NCBI GenBank assembly: GCA_937889395.1
Contig: CALAOW010000084.1
Coordinates: 1 to 50,611 of the forward strand
Direction of reading: 5' to 3'
Length of the DNA stretch: 50,611 nt
DNA from: an uncultured Pseudomonadota bacterium
Lineage (GTDB): Bacteria; Desulfobacterota; Binatia; Binatales; Binataceae
Made by a program: the position numbers and the translations under genes. The notes under the pieces were generated by a model. The model did not search any database. It was given only the letters and a program-made list of their open reading frames with translations, and was not told where the DNA came from. Of this stretch, positions 40,068-48,377 are shown one piece after another (the first letter of the stretch is position 1; each line of letters opens with the position of its first letter).

Positions 40068-40303
40068 GAAAATCCGCCTGCAAAGTATCCCGCATAAAAT
40101 CATCCCAAGCCGAAACGCGCCGATAAAACTCAGATTCGGTACGCAGTCGATAGACAATCTTATCCACTGATTAACGACCCCAGGCTGCCGCGAGCGCGAG
40201 CGCCGATTAGTGTCAGTACATCAATTTCGGAAACTAAAATCCTGTTTCTTAAACGTTCCCAAGCAAGGAGGACAAATCCACGTCACAAGAAGAAAGAACA
40301 CAA

Positions 40304-40591
40304 ATGAGTTCCGCGGAGTTTGAGGGCGACCTCGACAAGGAAAGCGGAGAATCGACCGAGAACGGCCAGGACAACGAATCGCTGACCTCAAAACTGTCGA
40401 AGGAGCTCAGCAACTGGCGGCGCAATCGCACCTCGTCGCAGCCACGGCATTCTGACGGACCGGGTCAGAACTTTCAGTCAGAGCCGGCTCGCACGATCAA
40501 GGTCCGCGGTCACGAGACTTTGGTCGTTCGCAAACCGAAGCTGGCCGGCAAGCCCCCCACCAATATGAATCACACACCAAATAATCAGTAG
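40304..40591 (+). CDS. Hypothetical small acidic/low-complexity protein
   Basis: 95-aa ORF in an AT-richer intergenic stretch. The strong AAGGAGG lies 31 nt upstream, which is too far for a normal RBS. No recognisable motif. Confidence 0.3.
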   Translation: MSSAEFEGDLDKESGESTENGQDNESLTSKLSKELSNWRRNRTSSQPRHSDGPGQNFQSEPARTIKVRGHETLVVRKPKLAGKPPTNMNHTPNNQ

Positions 40592-40638
40592 TCAGTTTTT
40601 CACTTGTCCGCGGATGTGTGGTGGGGCGTGCGCAGGGG

Positions 40639-41889
40639 TCAGGAGCGGAAGATTTCGACAGGCATCTCTCGCGACGCTTGCCGGGCCGGATAGACGGTCG
40701 CGAGCAGGCACAGAAGCATCGAGGCGAGCGCGACGGCGGCGAAGTTCCACGGATCGACGGCGATCGGCAGCGTCGAGATGCCGTAAATTTCACGCGGGAT
40801 GTGAATGAACTGGTAACGCGCCAGCGCGAAGCATCCGGTGGCGCCGAGGATCAATCCGGCCGCGGTTCCAGCCGCGCCGACGATCAATCCCTTCATCACG
40901 AAAATCAGGCGCACGTCGCGCCGCGTCGCACCCATCGCGATCAGCACGGCGATGTCCTTGCGCTTCTCCATCACGACCATGATCAGCGTCGCGACCAGGT
41001 TGAACGCCGCGACCCCGATGAGCATCACGAGCACGAGTGCATAGACGCGCTTGAGCAGTTCGAAGCCGGCGGCGGCAGATTCGTTAAACTCGATCCAGTT
41101 GCGCACCCGGTACGGGCTCGCAAACAGTTTGCGCATCGCGTCGGTCACTGCGTCGGTCTGGTCGAGATTGGTCAGATGGATATCGATGCCGTCCACTCGT
41201 CCGGTGCGGCCGAAGAAATCCTGGGCGTGCACGAGATCCATGAAGACCATGTTGCTATCGACGAAGTTCATTCCGGAGTCGAAGATCGCGCCGATCGCGA
41301 ATTGACCGCTCTTGGTTGAGAGCGATCCATCGGGCGAAATAATCGGCGCAACCATCCGAACCGCGTCGCCGGGTTTGGCCTTGAGTTTTTTCGCAAGGCT
41401 GACTCCGATGGCGAGGCCACCTGCCGTAGCCGCGGGCTGCGCGCCGCTGCCTGGGATCGCGTAGCTTCGCGAGAGATCGTCGAGACCGCCGGCGGTCATG
41501 TAGCGGCCCCATTGCGCGCGCACGACGGGATTGTTCGGCTCGACGCCGCGCACGATGACGCCGCCGATTCCGCGTCCCGAACTCAGCATCGCCTGGCCCA
41601 CGATGTACGCGTCGGAGCCGTTGACGCCTGCCACGCCGGCGACCTTCTTCTCGATGTCGGCGTAGTTGTCGATCGATCCTTGCGAATTGAGTATCTGGAC
41701 CTGCGGGCTGAGGCTGAGCACGCGTTCTTTGAGGCTTTGCTCGAAGCCGCCCATCACGGAGAGTGTCACGGTGAGCGCGGCGACGCCGATCATCACGCCG
41801 ACCGCGGTAAAGATGGTCGTGATCGAGATGAAGGCGTCTTTGCGGCGGGCGCGCAGATAGCGGAGCGCAATTTTGAGTTCGTATCGCAC
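40639..41889 (-). CDS. LolC/LolE-family (FtsX-like) ABC transporter permease
   Basis: MRYELKIALRYLRARRKDAFISITTIFTAVGVMIGVAALTVTLSVMGGFE, a large periplasmic loop, and a C-terminal 3-TM FtsX domain. Confidence 0.85.
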   Translation of the reverse strand: MRYELKIALRYLRARRKDAFISITTIFTAVGVMIGVAALTVTLSVMGGFEQSLKERVLSLSPQVQILNSQGSIDNYADIEKKVAGVAGVNGSDAYIVGQAMLSSGRGIGGVIVRGVEPNNPVVRAQWGRYMTAGGLDDLSRSYAIPGSGAQPAATAGGLAIGVSLAKKLKAKPGDAVRMVAPIISPDGSLSTKSGQFAIGAIFDSGMNFVDSNMVFMDLVHAQDFFGRTGRVDGIDIHLTNLDQTDAVTDAMRKLFASPYRVRNWIEFNESAAAGFELLKRVYALVLVMLIGVAAFNLVATLIMVVMEKRKDIAVLIAMGATRRDVRLIFVMKGLIVGAAGTAAGLILGATGCFALARYQFIHIPREIYGISTLPIAVDPWNFAAVALASMLLCLLATVYPARQASREMPVEIFRS

Positions 41890-41908
41890 GACGGACTGCG
41901 CAACGAGC

Positions 41909-43126
41909 TCAGAATATCACGTTTTCGTTTTTCAGCTGCTCGATCTCATCGGCGCTGAGCGAGAGCATCTCGCGAAAGACTTCGTCGTTGTCCTGGCCGA
42001 GAATCGGCGCGGCCGAGCGAAGCGTGCCGGGGGTGCGGCTCATGCGATGCTCGAGTCCCTCGTACGGCGACGGGCCCATCTCCTTGTGCTCGAGCCAATG
42101 CCAGAAGCCGAACGCCTCGAGGTTGTCGTCCTGATGGATATCGACGCAGTTCTCGACCGGATAGGCGGCAACTCCGGCGGCCTGCAACTTCGCGGTGAGT
42201 TCCTGCGCGTTGTGGATGCGCGTGAGCGAGCCGACGAACTCATCGATTGCCGCGGCGTTCTCGATGCGCGCAGGCGCATTCGCAAAGCGCCGGTCGGTGG
42301 AATCGGCGGCGAGCGCGGTGAGCATCGCACGCCATTGTTCGTCGCCCGCGACGGCGATCGCGATCCATCGCTCGTTGCCGTCCTCGTCGGCGCATCGATA
42401 GGCGCCGTGCGGAGCGTAACGCGCCGACGCGTTGCCGCGCGGGCCAAGCACCCGTCCGGTTGCGAAGTAATCGATCAGCGCAGGCGCGAGATTCTGCATC
42501 GCGGCCTCGTACTGCGACATGTCGATATACTGGCCCTGGCCGGTGCGGCGGCGATAGTCGAGCGCGGCGAGAAGCGTGAAGGTGGAAAAGCGCGGCGCGA
42601 TGAAATCCGTGTAGGCGCCGTACGGCGGCGTGCATGAGCCTGGCCCGTAACCGGAGATGTAGTAGAAGCCCGACAGCGCGGACATCAGTTGGCCGAAGCC
42701 GGGGTAAAGCGCGTTGGGTCCCGTCTGCCCCTGCATGCAGGTCGAGAGCATGATCAGGTCGGGGCGCAGCTCACGCAGATTTTCGTAATCGAGTCCCCAG
42801 TTGCGCATCGCCTTGGGCGTGAAACTCTCGACGATGATGTCGGCCCACGGCACCATGCGCTTGGCGATCTCGCGCGCTTTGGGCTTGCTCAAGTCGAGCG
42901 TGATTCCCTTTTTCGAGGTGTTGAAGCTGGCGAAAAACTGACTGCGGTTGATCCCGGGCATCGCATCTTTCCACGGCGGACCGATTCGCAGCACGTCGGG
43001 GCGCGCGGCGGACTCGACCCGAATCACGTCGGCGCCGTTGTCGGCGAAATACTTGGTCGTGACCGGACCGACGCCGACCCAGGCGAAGTCGAGGACGTGA
43101 ACTCCTTCCAATGCGAAACGGCTCAT
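41909..43126 (-). CDS. Family III CoA-transferase (CaiB/BaiF)
   Basis: LEGVHVLDFAWVGVGPVTTKYFADNGADVIRVES, GPNALYPGFGQ. Confidence 0.85.
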   Translation of the reverse strand: MSRFALEGVHVLDFAWVGVGPVTTKYFADNGADVIRVESAARPDVLRIGPPWKDAMPGINRSQFFASFNTSKKGITLDLSKPKAREIAKRMVPWADIIVESFTPKAMRNWGLDYENLRELRPDLIMLSTCMQGQTGPNALYPGFGQLMSALSGFYYISGYGPGSCTPPYGAYTDFIAPRFSTFTLLAALDYRRRTGQGQYIDMSQYEAAMQNLAPALIDYFATGRVLGPRGNASARYAPHGAYRCADEDGNERWIAIAVAGDEQWRAMLTALAADSTDRRFANAPARIENAAAIDEFVGSLTRIHNAQELTAKLQAAGVAAYPVENCVDIHQDDNLEAFGFWHWLEHKEMGPSPYEGLEHRMSRTPGTLRSAAPILGQDNDEVFREMLSLSADEIEQLKNENVIF

Positions 43127-43142
43127 CTCGAATTTCTCCTGC

Positions 43143-44402
43143 CTAAATCGAGCCGGCGGCTCGCAGTTTGTTCAATCGCTCGGGCGCAATCCCGAGAAGC
43201 CCGCGGTAAATCTCGTCGCTATGCTCGCCGATTCGCGGCGCGCGAGTGGTCGATCCGATCGGGGTCGCGGTCAGTTTCGCGAATGGTCCCGGAAATGTCA
43301 GCGTGCGGCCGATGCTGTCGTGCGGCACCGCAGTCCAGAAGTCGCGCGCTTTGAGCTGCTCGTCGGCTGCGATGTCGGCGGCCGTCGCGACCGGCGCGAG
43401 AAAGATGCGGCGCTTGAGTCCCTGCGCGTAGATTTCGCGCTTGGTCATCGTGAGCATGAAGCGCTGGATCGTGGCTTCGAGTTCTTCGGTCTCCTTGTGG
43501 TCCTGCTCGGTCATATCCATGAAGAGGCCCGGCACCCACGAAATCCAATCCTTGGTCCGCATCCAGTCCGACCCCAATCCGTTCTCCCGCATCCACTCGA
43601 TCAGCGCCTTGGTCGAATTGCCGAACGTCATGCCGCCGGCGATCAGGGTCGAGATGTGCCCGTCCTTGCATTGGTACACCATCTTGCGCCGTGCGTCGGC
43701 CGAGCCGACGAAACCCCCGGTGCGCGTCAGATAGCTGCCGTGCAGGAACGGCATCGCCTGTTCGTTCATCAGCGTCCACACGATGCAGGCCTGCATGTTG
43801 ACGACGATTCGCTGGCCGAGCCCGTCGATTCGGCGCGGGTAGTGCGCGAGCATCATAGCCACCGCGGCCTCGCCGCCCGCGTGCAATCCGGCTTGCGGCA
43901 GACTCATTTGGAGTGGAGGCTTTCCCTCCTCGCCCATCAGGTACATCTGGCCGCCGGCCGCCCACGAGATGATGTCGGCCCAGGCGTAGTCTTTGCCCGG
44001 ACCCGTATCGCCGAACGGCGTGATCGACGCATAGATGAGGCGCGGATTTCTCTTGGCGAGCGTGTCGTAGCCGAGACCGATTGAATCGAGATAGCCGAGC
44101 GGGTGCGACTCGACGAGAAAATCGGATTGCGCCGCAAGATCGGCGACCAGTGCGCGCCCGTCGTCAGTGGCGAGGTTGGCGGTCACGGATTTTTTCCCCG
44201 CGTGATAGGCGATCGAATAGAGGCAGTGGTCGGGGTCGGCGATATCTTCGAGATAGGGCGGGATGCGCCGCGTCGAGCATCCATCGGGCGGTTCGACCTT
44301 GATAACTTCGGCGCCGAGATCGGCGAACATCTTGCCGCACAACGCGCCCTTCTCGTCGGTCAAATCGAGCAGTCGCAATCCTTTGAGCAACCTTGATGGC
44401 AT
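43143..44402 (-). CDS. Family III CoA-transferase (CaiB/BaiF), second paralog
   Basis: Start taken at the internal Met (MPSRLLKGLRLLDLTDEKGALCGKMFADLGAEVIKVEPPDG). Confidence 0.8.
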   Translation of the reverse strand: MPSRLLKGLRLLDLTDEKGALCGKMFADLGAEVIKVEPPDGCSTRRIPPYLEDIADPDHCLYSIAYHAGKKSVTANLATDDGRALVADLAAQSDFLVESHPLGYLDSIGLGYDTLAKRNPRLIYASITPFGDTGPGKDYAWADIISWAAGGQMYLMGEEGKPPLQMSLPQAGLHAGGEAAVAMMLAHYPRRIDGLGQRIVVNMQACIVWTLMNEQAMPFLHGSYLTRTGGFVGSADARRKMVYQCKDGHISTLIAGGMTFGNSTKALIEWMRENGLGSDWMRTKDWISWVPGLFMDMTEQDHKETEELEATIQRFMLTMTKREIYAQGLKRRIFLAPVATAADIAADEQLKARDFWTAVPHDSIGRTLTFPGPFAKLTATPIGSTTRAPRIGEHSDEIYRGLLGIAPERLNKLRAAGSI

Positions 44403-44690
44403 CGGTGAATTAAACCTCGCGAAAGCGCCGGCGCGCCCGCAAATCCCGTTTCGCAACTCCGCCCGCGCGTCAATCTTGGAAGTTTATATCCTACCGCGCC
44501 AAAGATGTAACGGCGCCCCCCTAAAACCAGCGCGCGTAAGCTGTAAAATCTGATTCAGATGGAGGGGCAGGGGGGCGCAAAGGGGAATTACCCATATTGA
44601 CACAATACCCCCATTGGGACATCGTTGCTTTTGACATATCTCCCATTTGGCTGCGTCTCATCTAATGGAGACGATATTAGGGGAACCCAT

Positions 44691-45047
44691 ATGACCAGGA
44701 CGACCGGCACGGCGACCATATTGAACAAAAGCTTTAAGCGGGTCGGCGACGCCACACTGGATGAGCGAAAGCGAATCTCTTTGACCAGAGCCTTGGAATC
44801 CTTGAAGGAAATTTTGGGCAACGAAAACGATTTGGATGCTGCCGTTCGATTTGGGATCTACGTAAACGACGCCGGCCAGCTATTGCTGACGCCGGAGGTT
44901 TCAGTGCCGATGCATGAAGCGTGGCTCTACCAACGAAAAAACCCGCAAGCGCTGAAAAAAGTCGTCAAGGGATTGGAAGAGGCTCGCGAGGGCAAATTTA
45001 TAGACTTGGGATCGTTCGAGAAATACGCGGATGACGATATTGACTAG
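44691..45047 (+). CDS. Type II antitoxin, AbrB/SpoVT-like N-terminus
   Basis: Start taken at ATG 44691. ATLDERKRISLTRAL resembles a swapped-hairpin DNA-binding strand. Acidic C-terminus. Sits 12 nt upstream of the toxin gene. Promoter-like TTGACA boxes and an inverted repeat CGTCTC-N8-GAGACG lie upstream (44658-44677 region). Confidence 0.6.
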   Translation: MTRTTGTATILNKSFKRVGDATLDERKRISLTRALESLKEILGNENDLDAAVRFGIYVNDAGQLLLTPEVSVPMHEAWLYQRKNPQALKKVVKGLEEAREGKFIDLGSFEKYADDDID

Positions 45048-45059
45048 AGGAGCGATCCG

Positions 45060-45359
45060 GTGCGGAAGTTCAAGTTGCTTTTCACGCCGGAACCACAAGG
45101 ATCACTGGTAGCTCTAACCAAAGACCCAGGTGCGGCAAAAAGACTCCGCGCTGTTCGCAAGACGCTCGGGCTTTTGGAAAGCAATCCCCGTCATCCGAGT
45201 TTGCGGACACATGGATACTCGAAGCTTTTTGGTCCACAAGGCCAGAAGGTCTTCGAGGCATACGCTGAAAACAAGACGCCGGCCGCATTTCGCGTATTTT
45301 GGTACTACGGTCCTGAAACCGCCCAAATGACAATTGTGGCGATTACACCGCACCCCTAA
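45060..45359 (+). CDS. Type II toxin, RelE/ParE superfamily
   Basis: 99 aa. HPSLRTHGYSKL...AFRVFWYYGPETAQMTIVAITPHP matches the RelE/ParE C-terminal pattern (..R..w.......i.i..i.pH). GTG start. Confidence 0.7.
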   Translation: MRKFKLLFTPEPQGSLVALTKDPGAAKRLRAVRKTLGLLESNPRHPSLRTHGYSKLFGPQGQKVFEAYAENKTPAAFRVFWYYGPETAQMTIVAITPHP

Positions 45360-45389
45360 CGACGCTTCCAGAGTCTGACCTGGAGACAC

Positions 45390-45415
45390 AAGAAGGCCCC
45401 CGCGGGGGCCTTCTT
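45390..45415. terminator. Strong GC hairpin after the TA pair
   Basis: AAGAAGGCCCC-cgcg-GGGGCCTTCTT, 30 nt after the toxin stop. Symmetric A/T flanks suggest bidirectional use. Confidence 0.65.
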
Positions 45416-45497
45416 GCGTCTCTCACTGATGTACTTTTACTCCGGCCAACTGACGCAGTTTTAGTCCGGCGTTGACAGGCGGGTCGTGAACGCACGA

Positions 45498-45623
45498 TTA
45501 TTTCTTGGACAGGTTGTTAATCACGACCACCAGCAGGACCACCACCAGTACGCCGATCACCGGCCAAATCCACATCCCTCCGCCCATCCATCCGCCCATC
45601 CATCCGTCTGTATGGTTCATCAT
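45498..45623 (-). CDS. Tiny Gly/Met/Trp-rich single-TM peptide (41 aa)
   Basis: MMNHTDGWMGGWMGGGMWIWPVIGVLVVVLLVVVINNLSKK. Start taken at the internal Met pair with GAAAGG upstream. Directly downstream of the Met-rich protein gene. Confidence 0.5.
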   Translation of the reverse strand: MMNHTDGWMGGWMGGGMWIWPVIGVLVVVLLVVVINNLSKK

Positions 45624-45756
45624 AAAGCGCCTTTCGTTGCGCTGCGACCAGCGCACCACTGGGCAATCCAGACCGCGAGCGCAGGCAGTGTCATTTGAAG
45701 TAGCCGCCACAGGACCGCAGCAACCGTTCGTCGCGGGGCATCGTGGCGCTCAGCAA

Positions 45757-46209
45757 TCATTTCTGTTCTTTTTGGGCATCCCCTGATTTTTCACCCATAT
45801 CCTGCATCATCGGACACTGCGACATGGATTCCTTGCCTATCTGCATATGCTGCATCATGTGCTTCATCATCTTCTCCTCCATCTCCGCCTTTCGCGCATC
45901 CATAGCGATCCGCTGCTCCGCCATGTGGGTGACCACGGCGGCCATCAGGCCCATCTTCTTGTCCTCCGGCGCGCGGTTCATATTGGCGAGCTCCTCGGTG
46001 AGTTGAGCGTCTTGAGCCTTCGCGTCTTCCTTCATTTTCTGTTTCTGTTCCTTCATTTCCTGGCAGCGTTCCGTCATTTTGGCCTCCGTCATGTTTTTCC
46101 CCTCCGCAGGCTCGGCGGATCGCGCTTGGACTGGAAACCAGATGGCCAGGGCCAAGGCCAATGCGAGGCTTGAACGGATGACGAGGTTCGTATTCGTTTG
46201 GTTTTTCAT
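45757..46209 (-). CDS. Secreted Met/His-rich protein (putative Cu(I)/Ag(I)-type metal binding)
   Basis: Signal peptide (SLALALALAIWFPVQARS). The mature part is helical and rich in M/K/E/Q, with clusters MEEKMMKHMMQHMQ and SQCPMMQDM. Confidence 0.6.
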   Translation of the reverse strand: MKNQTNTNLVIRSSLALALALAIWFPVQARSAEPAEGKNMTEAKMTERCQEMKEQKQKMKEDAKAQDAQLTEELANMNRAPEDKKMGLMAAVVTHMAEQRIAMDARKAEMEEKMMKHMMQHMQIGKESMSQCPMMQDMGEKSGDAQKEQK

Positions 46210-46542
46210 GTTCTGTTGCTTTCCTTTCGTTTTTCGTTTTTGTTCGCTGTTGGCGTACGGCTGACAGCGTGTTTAAGAAATCGGTTTCACCCCGAATCTG
46301 CACGGGTGTCAACACTCATATTGCGCCGGCGGCAGCGGACTTCGCTATGGGTATAACCCTGCCGTGTATTATGAATGGACACCATCTTGCTTTTCCACCC
46401 TTGAGACCCCCCTTTGCGGCCCAGTGCAACGGCAGCGGGGTCTTTGCCATCGTCTGGCTTCTCCGGCTTGCACCCTCACCTCTGTCAAGGCAACGGTTTT
46501 CTAAACTGAACTACTACTGGGCAAAGAGAGGCGAACGGCGGG

Positions 46543-47358
46543 CTATTGGTGCTGGCGGGCGTGGCGCGCGGCGCCGATCGCGGTTGCGAAATCGGCGTGC
46601 TCGGGAATCACGAAGCGCCGGCCGAACGGAAACGTGAGCCGCTTCATCTCCTGCATGAAGCGGAACAGGCGCGTCAACTTGCCGGTCAGCACGATATTTT
46701 CCTGGTCACAGGCGCGCGCGCTGGCCAGTGCGAGCACGCCGATCGATTCGACGATCATGTTCATGATCGCCAGCGCCTTGTCCTCGGGCGTCGCGTCGGC
46801 GCTTATCTTGCCGAAGTTCGCGGCGGTGGTGGACGGCGGCAGGTCGCCCATCGCGCCGCCGGCGATGTCGCGAACGCTGAGATCGATGCGCCGCAGGTCG
46901 CCCTTGCGCGCGAGTTTTTCAAGCCGCTCGATCGTCGAGACGCCGAGCATGTGCTTGGCCAGTCCGAGCAGCGTGCCTCCGCCGACCCCGGTGCCGCTGA
47001 AGTGCGCAATTTTGTCGCGCGTGACCGATACGATTGCGGTGCCGGTCCCAAGCGAGACCACCAGCGCGCTTTCCTTTCCGGCCAGCGACGTGCCGCCGAT
47101 TCCGATTGCGGTGAACTCGTTGACCTTGACCACCGGCCTGCCCAGCAGGGAATCGGTGAGTACGCGAGAGCCCGCGCCGGTGGCGGCGACGCATTCGATG
47201 TCTTCGAGTTTGATGCCGAAGTCGGCGACCAGTTTTCCCAGCGCGCCGGCCGCCGCAGCGACCGGGTCGTTGGCCTCGATCGTTACGACGTGCAGGCCGC
47301 CATTTTCGAGGATGACGGCGTCGGTGGTCGAACCGCCGATATCGATGCCAACGATCAT
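46543..47358 (-). CDS. coaW: Type II pantothenate kinase (ASKHA fold)
   Basis: MIVGIDIGGSTTD, VSLGTGTAIV, GTGVGGGTLLGL, IDLSVRDI...DLPPSTTAANFGKI, ADFATAIGAA. These align by eye with the staphylococcal type II PanK motifs. High GC, unlike its neighbours. Confidence 0.7.
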   Translation of the reverse strand: MIVGIDIGGSTTDAVILENGGLHVVTIEANDPVAAAAGALGKLVADFGIKLEDIECVAATGAGSRVLTDSLLGRPVVKVNEFTAIGIGGTSLAGKESALVVSLGTGTAIVSVTRDKIAHFSGTGVGGGTLLGLAKHMLGVSTIERLEKLARKGDLRRIDLSVRDIAGGAMGDLPPSTTAANFGKISADATPEDKALAIMNMIVESIGVLALASARACDQENIVLTGKLTRLFRFMQEMKRLTFPFGRRFVIPEHADFATAIGAARHARQHQ

Positions 47359-47561
47359 AGCCGGTGCCGGCTCCCTGTCCGGCCCGTCTTGAAGCTAGAT
47401 CAGCCCAGCCAACCGCGCAACGCCGCCGCGCCCGGCGCGAGTCGTCGAGCGTCGGGAAAGGGTCCAAATCCCAAGATGCCCTTCTCGGCGCGCTCTTCTT
47501 TTCCGTCCCTCCGCCCGAAGCGCAGCACCCCCGCCTCTCTTCCCGATCCTCTCTCTTAATT

Positions 47562-47585
47562 CCCTCTCCCTGTATCGGGAGAGGG
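47562..47585. repeat. Perfect 9-bp palindromic hairpin (REP-like)
   Basis: CCCTCTCCC-tgtatc-GGGAGAGGG followed by cagggtgaggg. Lies in a noncoding stretch. Confidence 0.6.
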
Positions 47586-47801
47586 CAGGGTGAGGGACAT
47601 CTGCGGCGCGAATGTCCGATGCGCCGCATGATCGCTCCCCTCCGTTATATTTGGATCCCGACCGAAGCGCAGCGACCCCGGATCTTTTTCCGCAGCTTCC
47701 TGATCGCGGAGACGCGGCGTCTCTGCGGACGCTGGCCATGACCCTTTTCGCTGGCCAAGTCCGCGCGCCGCCGGGTATGAGGTCACTCTTCTTGCGCTCC
47801 C

Positions 47802-47848
47802 AAGGACTGAAAATCCTTGTGTCGAGTGTTCGATTCACTCCCTGCCCA
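47802..47848 (+). other. 3' half of a tRNA-Phe(GAA) gene (att-like remnant)
   Basis: AAGGA CTGAAAA TCCTT (anticodon arm, GAA), GTGTC (variable), GAGTG TTCGATT CACTC (T arm), CCTGCCC A (acceptor plus discriminator). The 26 nt upstream cannot form the acceptor or D arm. The GC drop begins immediately downstream. Confidence 0.7.
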
Positions 47849-47917
47849 TCAAAAAGCCCGCATTTTTACGAGATATAATGGAAGGGCCTCGGGCAAGCTC
47901 GGGCGGGGCCGGAGCCG

Positions 47918-48006
47918 AATGAGATCAAATGAGATCAAACGGATCTCGACCGATTTCGACCGATATCGGCGACTGTGGACAGATTGTTGAGGAAATTGTT
48001 GAGGAA
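47918..48006. repeat. Three adjacent tandem duplications upstream of the orphan cassette
   Basis: aatgagatca x2 (47918-47937); tcgaccgat-t-tcgaccgat (47946-47964); attgttgaggaa x2 (47983-48006). Ends 96 nt before the ATG at 48102. Confidence 0.85.
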
Positions 48007-48101
48007 TCTCGTGCCTCCCAATTGAAAGCACCACCTACCGCGCGCATCCTCGAAATAAGGGGCAGCGAAAAAGCGCCTGCCGGGGAAAAAAGGGAGCACA
48101 A

Positions 48102-48350
48102 ATGAGCGACGAAATCGACCTTACGAAAAGAATGGGATTCTCTGAAGAGCTGTTGAAGGACTGCGGATCGGGAAGCCCTCCCGACTACCAGCGGTGGCTG
48201 CAAGAAAAACGCAGGACGCAGGTAGCGCCCGGTGAGTTTTGGTTCTATGTAAACCACGCGGATTCCCCAGACGCGACTGCGGATGCCATCAAGCAACAAA
48301 TCGGTGAGATATATAAGACGCTGATCGTTCGCGTGTATAGTCGGTACTGA
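48102..48350 (+). CDS. Hypothetical small protein (cassette gene A, 82 aa)
   Basis: GGGAG lies 7 nt upstream of the ATG. No recognisable motif. First gene of a tightly spaced same-strand set. Confidence 0.5.
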   Translation: MSDEIDLTKRMGFSEELLKDCGSGSPPDYQRWLQEKRRTQVAPGEFWFYVNHADSPDATADAIKQQIGEIYKTLIVRVYSRY

Positions 48351-48377
48351 AAGGCCGAGATCGCGGTCAGAGGAGAG

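Noticed and set aside
40161-40169. Single DnaA-box-like TTATCCACT
   Set aside because: An isolated occurrence in an intergenic region, with no cluster and no AT-rich unwinding element.
47364-47838. Overlapping ORFs 47364..47741 (+, 125 aa) and 47395..47838 (-, 147 aa)
   Set aside because: They are mutually antisense and Arg/Pro/Ser-rich. They run through a palindromic repeat and the tRNA-Phe fragment, and neither has an RBS. The region is treated as noncoding.
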